64,000 nucleotides of DNA from positions 989 to 64,988 of the forward strand of contig JAZDKA010000010.1 in assembly GCA_043803385.1 (NCBI GenBank), in the 5' to 3' direction. Every line of letters begins with the position of its first letter. Position 1 is the stretch's first letter. Source of the DNA: Patescibacteria group bacterium. Lineage in GTDB: Bacteria; Patescibacteriota; Minisyncoccia; Moranbacterales; JAKLHP01. Of this stretch, positions 58,728-64,000 are shown piece by piece. Position numbers and translations under genes: made by a program. The notes beneath the pieces are model-generated. The model ran no database searches and was not told where the DNA came from. It saw only the letters and a list, made by a program, of their open reading frames with translations.

Positions 58728-58973
58728 CTATTCTTTGATTTTTTCGTTGTTTATTATAACTTTTTTCAAAACCACCCCTCCTATGGAAAATGTAAGTTCC
58801 ATTTTTCCAATGTGTTTTTCCTTTGAAGTTTCCTTGAAAAACTGCTCAAAAGCCTTCTTTGCTTTCTTATCTTTCTTTTCCCCAAAAGTAGTGCTGATGT
58901 TTTTTTCTTTTGTTTTTCCTTCAGTGTACGTAATTATTCCGGAAATAACATAAACCTTTTCTTCCTTTTTCAT
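58728..58973 (-). CDS. Hypothetical Lys-rich small protein
   Basis: AAGGAGGT SD. Confidence 0.45.
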   Translation of the reverse strand: MKKEEKVYVISGIITYTEGKTKEKNISTTFGEKKDKKAKKAFEQFFKETSKEKHIGKMELTFSIGGVVLKKVIINNEKIKE

Positions 58974-59052
58974 TTAAACCTCCTTAAGCAAAAAATAATT
59001 CCAACCGTTCTAAAAATTTAACACCAAATAAAAACTAAGTCAATTTAGATAA

Positions 59053-59592
59053 TTATAGCTTATTCCCATTGAAGCAGAGGATATCATTAATCTTCCAAGC
59101 ACCATTATCATTTATCAAGGATACGGTAATTGAAGGCCAGCCGGTATATACGATTACCTTAAACTTAGCCGATGCCGAATCCTTGCTTATCAAAGTTATG
59201 GATAATTTCGAGGCGTCGTCGGGAAAATCCTGGGCGCATAAAAATGGGTTGGCTGACATTTTATTCGCAGGATCTTTAACGAGCTTATTATAGGATTGAA
59301 TAATCTTCTGTGTCACAAAACTAGTGCTTAAACTATTATCCTTACTGGTCTTCCTGTTCAAATAACTTATCAGCGATTCATAATATTCTTTTACTATCTG
59401 CTCCGGAGTTTTTTCCGTCTTTTCGGCTGGAGTAGCCTGATTTTTTGCATTTGGCGTTTCTGAATTTTTTATAGCTGGCGCTTCTGAACTTTGCGTTTCC
59501 TGTTTATTTCCCAGCCAAATAAATCCGCCGACAATAGCAGCGATGATAAGAATGATTCCAATAGCTATTTCTGATTTGATAATCTTGTCCAT
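59053..59592 (-). CDS. Hypothetical membrane-anchored protein
   Basis: N-terminal TM; TGTTATAAT extended -10 upstream. Confidence 0.5.
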   Translation of the reverse strand: MDKIIKSEIAIGIILIIAAIVGGFIWLGNKQETQSSEAPAIKNSETPNAKNQATPAEKTEKTPEQIVKEYYESLISYLNRKTSKDNSLSTSFVTQKIIQSYNKLVKDPANKMSANPFLCAQDFPDDASKLSITLISKDSASAKFKVIVYTGWPSITVSLINDNGAWKINDILCFNGNKL

Positions 59593-59626
59593 TTTATTTT
59601 TATTAATTTTTACTAGCTTTATTATA

Positions 59627-59655
59627 ACACAAAAACAAGGTTTTGCCCCTGTTCC
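59627..59655 (-). terminator. Degenerate copy of the ACACAAAAACA(G/A)GG terminator module after the histidine kinase gene
   Basis: ACACAAAAACAAGGTTTTGCCCCTGTTCC. Confidence 0.45.
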
Positions 59656-59662
59656 TGGCTGG

Positions 59663-61060
59663 CTACTTTAAGGCGATATAAAAAGTCGTTCCCTTATTTT
59701 CTTCCGACTCAAACCATATTTTCCCGCCCTGGAGGCTTACTACTTTTTTAACATAATACAAGCCCAGTCCCGTCCCTGAAACAGCAAACTTTTTGGCGCT
59801 ATCGGTCCGAAAAAAACCTTGGAATATTTTAAGCCTGTCTTTATTGGAAATTCCGATTCCCTGATCCTTAAAAGAAAAAATATTGAATTTCTTTTCCATT
59901 TTGCGATCTATTTCTATTTGGGATCCCGGTTGAGAATATTTGATGGCATTGTCAATGATATTACTGAACACTCTTTTTAGTTTTTCCGGATCGCACTGAA
60001 GCATGATTTTCGGAGGCATACTTTCTTTAATTATTATCTTTATGGACTTTTTGGAAGCCATGAGATTAAGGTCATCGGCTGCCTTTTTTATGAGTTCAAC
60101 GATGTCCGCGTCTCTAACGGCTAATTTTTTTATTCCTCCAGCTTCCAGAGGCGGAATAAGCAAGAAGTCATTGATTATTCTCAAAAGATTCCGGCAACTC
60201 TCCTCAATCAGACGCAAAGAATCCAGCTTATCCTTTTCTAAACTAATAGATGATTTAGAAATTAAATTTTCCAGCGACCAGAGGATGCCGTTGAGCGGAG
60301 ACCGGATATCGTGGGAAGCAATTGAAACGAATTCAGATTTTAATTCTAATATCTTCTCTTCCTTTTTCCTGATGATCCACCCCGTGGCAATCATAGCCAA
60401 AAGAATAAGTGTAACTAAAAGCGGTAGCGAGGAATAAAGCCAGACGGTTTTCGTATAATTGAGAGCCTCAATATCCATTCCAACCACGGCGATTATCTTT
60501 TGCGTTTCTGGGTTAACTATGGGACTAAGCGCCGAAATCCAGCTTCCCCAGCGGTCTGAAACCGGTCCCTCAATCAATGGCGATCCTGTATCAAACATAG
60601 AATAGAAATCCTGCGTGGCTTCGGGATAAATTTGCCCCGGAGGCGAATAAGAATCTGACCCAGGGTCTTCGGAGTCAACCATAAAATAAACTTGCCCGTC
60701 CTTCCTCCCAGAAATATAGACAAAACGCGCATCAGGATTGATACGTTTTACGGCAACAATTTTTTCTTTAATGATGGCGTAATCGGGATTTAAAATATCG
60801 GATTCATCGCCCGAGAGACTGGCTATCCAATCAGTGTTGAGCGATTTAGATAACGTGGCGGAGCGATTAAGAAGAGACTGTTTCTCAAAACTGCTAATTT
60901 TAATATAAACATAAAAAGACGAAAAAATTCCCACAAATATCAAAATCAGCATTATGGCCGGATAATACCAGGCGAAATTTTTTGAACCAAGATGGAATAA
61001 ATTTTTCATTTTTATTAGTATACCACAAATCACCAACCGGCAAAAGCGCCGACAACACAA
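59663..61060 (-). CDS. Sensor histidine kinase
   Basis: H-box SHDIRSPLN, N-box IDNAIKYS, G-box GTGLGL; two TM helices flanking an extracytoplasmic domain; start may be the internal MKNLF. Confidence 0.8.
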   Translation of the reverse strand: MCCRRFCRLVICGILIKMKNLFHLGSKNFAWYYPAIMLILIFVGIFSSFYVYIKISSFEKQSLLNRSATLSKSLNTDWIASLSGDESDILNPDYAIIKEKIVAVKRINPDARFVYISGRKDGQVYFMVDSEDPGSDSYSPPGQIYPEATQDFYSMFDTGSPLIEGPVSDRWGSWISALSPIVNPETQKIIAVVGMDIEALNYTKTVWLYSSLPLLVTLILLAMIATGWIIRKKEEKILELKSEFVSIASHDIRSPLNGILWSLENLISKSSISLEKDKLDSLRLIEESCRNLLRIINDFLLIPPLEAGGIKKLAVRDADIVELIKKAADDLNLMASKKSIKIIIKESMPPKIMLQCDPEKLKRVFSNIIDNAIKYSQPGSQIEIDRKMEKKFNIFSFKDQGIGISNKDRLKIFQGFFRTDSAKKFAVSGTGLGLYYVKKVVSLQGGKIWFESEENKGTTFYIALK

Positions 61061-61085
61061 AAACAGGGTTTTATCCTTGCCTTTT
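61055..61085 (-). terminator. Degenerate copy of the terminator module after the APH gene
   Basis: ACACAAAAACAGGGTTTTATCCTTGCCTTTT. Confidence 0.45.
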
Positions 61086-61106
61086 CAATAAATCAAACTC
61101 TCGATT

Positions 61107-62174
61107 TTATCTCAACAAAAACTTCTCCAGCCAATCGTTTTTATAAATTACTTCAATCTTTCTTTCAACTTTATCAAGGACATTGTTGCTCCATATTCCT
61201 GCTTGAGTATCACTAACCAGCCCTATGATGTTTTCCAAAAGATACAGCCTTATTTTTTCACACAAATCGCTTGCTTCAAATAATTTAGGATAGTTTTCTC
61301 TCAATATTTTGATTTCATTTTTCGGAACATATTGAGAATAAACTGATTCCAGCCCTTCTTCTACATAATCAGCAGGCTCATAGAAATAATCCACTATTTT
61401 CCAAAGTTCATAATCCCTTGGTGCTTGGCAAGCCCAATCCCAATCAATAATTCCAGTAATTTTATCTCCAGCAAAAAAGATATTCTCAAAATGAATGTCA
61501 TTATGAATCAAGACAGATTCTTCGTTATTATTTATCAGGCTAATATTTTTTTCATAAAATTTATCTAGATATTCTATTGATTCTCTGAGATTATTGCTTA
61601 GTTTTGTTTTATCTATTTTTTCAAATTGAATTGAATTTCTAATGGCATCGTTAAAATTGGAAAACCTTTTCTTCCGACACATTGGCAAAGCGTAATCACC
61701 GAATTTTATGGAATGGATTTTTTGAAGCTGGTCTGCCAGCTGGATAAGGAAATTTTCTCTTTGGGAATCATCAAATTTTAACCATTCGTATGATAAGTTT
61801 GTTCCTTTTACTTTTTCCATCAGCAAATACTCTTTTCCATCGACTTTTCCATAATCAATAATTTTTGGCACTTTAACTCCCGCATAAAGCAATCTTTCGG
61901 TTATTTCTGGCTGATGTTTGAATAATCCTTTTTTGATTTCAATATCTCCTTCTATTTTCAGAACATACTTTCCATTAATATTGTAAACACGATTAATCTG
62001 ACCGCTGGTAAAACGAGTTATATTTTCTGAAACAGATAAATTATTCTTTCTTAGAATTTCTTGAATTATTTGTTTATCGTTATTTTCCATAAATATCAAA
62101 TGATAAAAATATTGCAATTTCTTTTCCTTTATTAGCATAATATCTGTCATTAAACCCACATACACGAAAACCAT
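61107..62174 (-). CDS. Aminoglycoside-phosphotransferase-family kinase
   Basis: HNDIHFEN and IDWDWA motifs. Confidence 0.7.
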   Translation of the reverse strand: MVFVYVGLMTDIMLIKEKKLQYFYHLIFMENNDKQIIQEILRKNNLSVSENITRFTSGQINRVYNINGKYVLKIEGDIEIKKGLFKHQPEITERLLYAGVKVPKIIDYGKVDGKEYLLMEKVKGTNLSYEWLKFDDSQRENFLIQLADQLQKIHSIKFGDYALPMCRKKRFSNFNDAIRNSIQFEKIDKTKLSNNLRESIEYLDKFYEKNISLINNNEESVLIHNDIHFENIFFAGDKITGIIDWDWACQAPRDYELWKIVDYFYEPADYVEEGLESVYSQYVPKNEIKILRENYPKLFEASDLCEKIRLYLLENIIGLVSDTQAGIWSNNVLDKVERKIEVIYKNDWLEKFLLR

Positions 62175-62207
62175 TTCTGAGATAAGTTTGTTTTCCTGGT
62201 AAATTCA

Positions 62208-63260
62208 TTAGATTTTCTTGTATCTAGCACCTCTCTTTACCCCTATCATTTCAACCAATTTTAAATCAACCAAGCGAGATAACGCCTGCTTTATGGTAGC
62301 CATCGGAATTGATTTATTGAGGAGTTTTTCAACTTCCGAAACACTCAAAGTATCAGCTTGAAATAATTGATAAATCGTAAGTTGTTTTTCTGAAAGGAGT
62401 TTCTCTGGCTGGTCTTGTTCCATAATCCCCTTAGCTCTTTTTATTTGTTCCAGAAGAGCATCCAGCAAAAAATTCAGCCACAAAGTAATGTCCTCGTTTT
62501 TTGTTTTATGTTTGGATTGGGTTTTTCGCAGAGCCAAATAATATTCAATCTTTCTTTCTTCAATAATTTCATCCAGTGAAACATAGGGAACATAAGTGTA
62601 TCCAGTTTTAAGAAGCAATAGCGTGGTCAACGCTCTTGATAGCCTTCCATTTCCATCACTAAAGGGATGAATTGCCAAAAATTCAAAGATAAAATTAGCA
62701 ATGAGGATAAGCGGATGAATTTCTTTCTTTTCCATTTCTTCAGTCAACCAAAAGAGAACATCATCCATTTCTTTCTTAGTGAGATATGGCTTAGTTGGTT
62801 CAAAAATAACAATTTCTTTTCCATCTTCCATTCTCATAACCACTTTATTATCAGTCGTCTTGTATTTGCCCTTATGTACCTTATCTTTTTGGGAAAAATT
62901 AAGAAGTATTTTGTGAAAATGCAAAATCTGCCCTTCAGTTATTTTGAAGGTTTTCCAATTATCAAAGATTCTCCCTAGCAAATCAGCGTATCCTGCCACC
63001 TCCTCCGCATCCCTTCCCTTGGGAGGTGTTGATTTCAAGCCAGCAATAAGTCTAGCTACTTCATCATCAGACATTTTTGAGCCTTCAATACGAGTAGATG
63101 CTCCTGTGCTGGTAATTAGAACGCTCCTTTTGAGCCTGCCCAGTGTTTGGGGACTAAGCCTTAGACTGCCTTTCCATAACCCCTTAAACTCATCTATTTG
63201 GGTTATCTTTTGGAGTATTTTTTGGCTTAAAATAGCCCTTTTCGCAAATCTATTTTCCAT
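62208..63260 (-). CDS. Fic-family protein with C-terminal wHTH
   Basis: HPFSDGNGRLSR Fic motif. Confidence 0.85.
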   Translation of the reverse strand: MENRFAKRAILSQKILQKITQIDEFKGLWKGSLRLSPQTLGRLKRSVLITSTGASTRIEGSKMSDDEVARLIAGLKSTPPKGRDAEEVAGYADLLGRIFDNWKTFKITEGQILHFHKILLNFSQKDKVHKGKYKTTDNKVVMRMEDGKEIVIFEPTKPYLTKKEMDDVLFWLTEEMEKKEIHPLILIANFIFEFLAIHPFSDGNGRLSRALTTLLLLKTGYTYVPYVSLDEIIEERKIEYYLALRKTQSKHKTKNEDITLWLNFLLDALLEQIKRAKGIMEQDQPEKLLSEKQLTIYQLFQADTLSVSEVEKLLNKSIPMATIKQALSRLVDLKLVEMIGVKRGARYKKI

Positions 63261-63404
63261 ATTGTTATTAGATATAAATTAACTATATCTAATTATAGCT
63301 AAATGTATCTAAAAGTCAAGTATCGCTGTTTTTCGTAACATTTATATGCTCTAATTATAACATTTATGTTACATTTAGCCGACTAAAACGGAGGTAATAA
63401 CGCA

Positions 63405-63427
63405 AAAAACACCATTTAAGGTGTTTC
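63405..63427 (-). terminator. Intrinsic terminator of the P-type ATPase gene
   Basis: AACACC-ATTTA-AGGTGTT plus TTTTTTG on the minus strand. Confidence 0.5.
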
Positions 63428-63503
63428 TGCTTCAAGCAAATCAAAATCTTTTGCGATTAGTCCGAGTCTATGCATGCCCTTGTACAAGAGGCACGGCTAC
63501 AGA

Positions 63504-64000
63504 TTATTTTGCTCGGTTTTTCCTGTGTATAACTTTTCTCAATTCCTCAACAATAACTATTGAAAAGGCGACAGTGATAATAATAAGCCAGTCTTTTCCA
63601 TTCAGGGGAACTGTCCGCAAAACTTTCTGAAAAAATGGATTGTAAACTGCCAATAATTGAAGCCCAATGACAATGCCCGTGGCTCCAACCAAAAATTTAT
63701 TGGAAAGGGGATTGGAGGTGAAAATTGATTTAATTTGAGAACGGCAATTCCAAGCGTTAAACCATTGAAAGACCGCCAAGGTCGTAAGAGAGATTGTCCA
63801 CGCTTTATGCAAGTCTGTCTGATAATTTTGGCTGAAAAGAAACAGCGTTCCAATCGCCATCGGAAGTGCCATAATAAACATTCTTAAAACCATTAACTTG
63901 TCCACAAAACCTGATTTCTTTTGAGTGAATTTCTTTCTCAGAAGATTATTTCCTTTCGGTTCCATCGCCAAGGCCACATCAAGAAATCCGTCTGTCACTA
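63504..64000 (-). CDS. P-type cation-transporting ATPase, C-terminal portion (gene continues beyond window end)
   Basis: TDGFLDVALAMEP...DWLIIITVAFSIVIVEE matches the Cation_ATPase_C TM region; the ORF runs off the edge. Confidence 0.6.
   Translation of the reverse strand, partial: VTDGFLDVALAMEPKGNNLLRKKFTQKKSGFVDKLMVLRMFIMALPMAIGTLFLFSQNYQTDLHKAWTISLTTLAVFQWFNAWNCRSQIKSIFTSNPLSNKFLVGATGIVIGLQLLAVYNPFFQKVLRTVPLNGKDWLIIITVAFSIVIVEELRKVIHRKNRAK

Overview
The window is AT-rich (about 30-35% GC) with small, tightly packed genes, typical of a reduced Patescibacteria/CPR-like chromosome. Almost all genes lie on the minus strand.

Recognisable core genes:
- hrcA-grpE ... dnaK ... dnaJ heat-shock genes (CIRCE elements upstream of hrcA and dnaJ)
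- recJ, dnaB, recR
- cysS, pheS, pheT, tyrS, mnmA, rplU, yidD
- secD and secF, with a parvulin PPIase domain embedded in SecD
- guaA, corA and an ADP-forming acetyl-CoA synthetase
- a complete AmmeMemoRadiSam triad (AMMECR1, Memo-like and radical-SAM proteins)
- two GT4 glycosyltransferases with a Wzz-like membrane protein and an EamA transporter
- an orphan histidine kinase, a Fic protein and two APH-like kinases.

Accessory content:
- a 4.5-kb compositionally mosaic insertion between dnaJ and dnaK (GC-richer small secreted and membrane ORFs with strong SDs)
- two plus-strand small genes splitting grpE from dnaK
- a VirD4/TraD-like P-loop ATPase co-operonic with a membrane protein, next to two proteins carrying sigma-70 region-4-like HTHs (one also with a HARE-HTH)
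- three tandem SD-preceded hydrophobic mini-ORFs downstream of rplU
- a GC-rich, frameshifted fabZ remnant
- a GC-rich guaA
- a five-gene operon of phospho-metabolite enzymes (esterase, histidine phosphatase, HAD, kinase, Nudix)
- a TA-like overlapping pair.

Repeats:
- a ~50-bp palindromic promoter/operator-like module present four times between 47.4 and 58.7 kb, twice fused to a conserved CAGGG-TTTTAT-CCCTG terminator hairpin that also recurs elsewhere
- a 23-bp palindromic element inserted in-frame in cysS, with an intergenic copy and a covarying variant
- a 21-bp in-frame tandem duplication in pheS
- several long perfect palindromes sharing an ACTAGTAT core.

No tRNA, rRNA, CRISPR array, transposase or integrase was recognised by eye.
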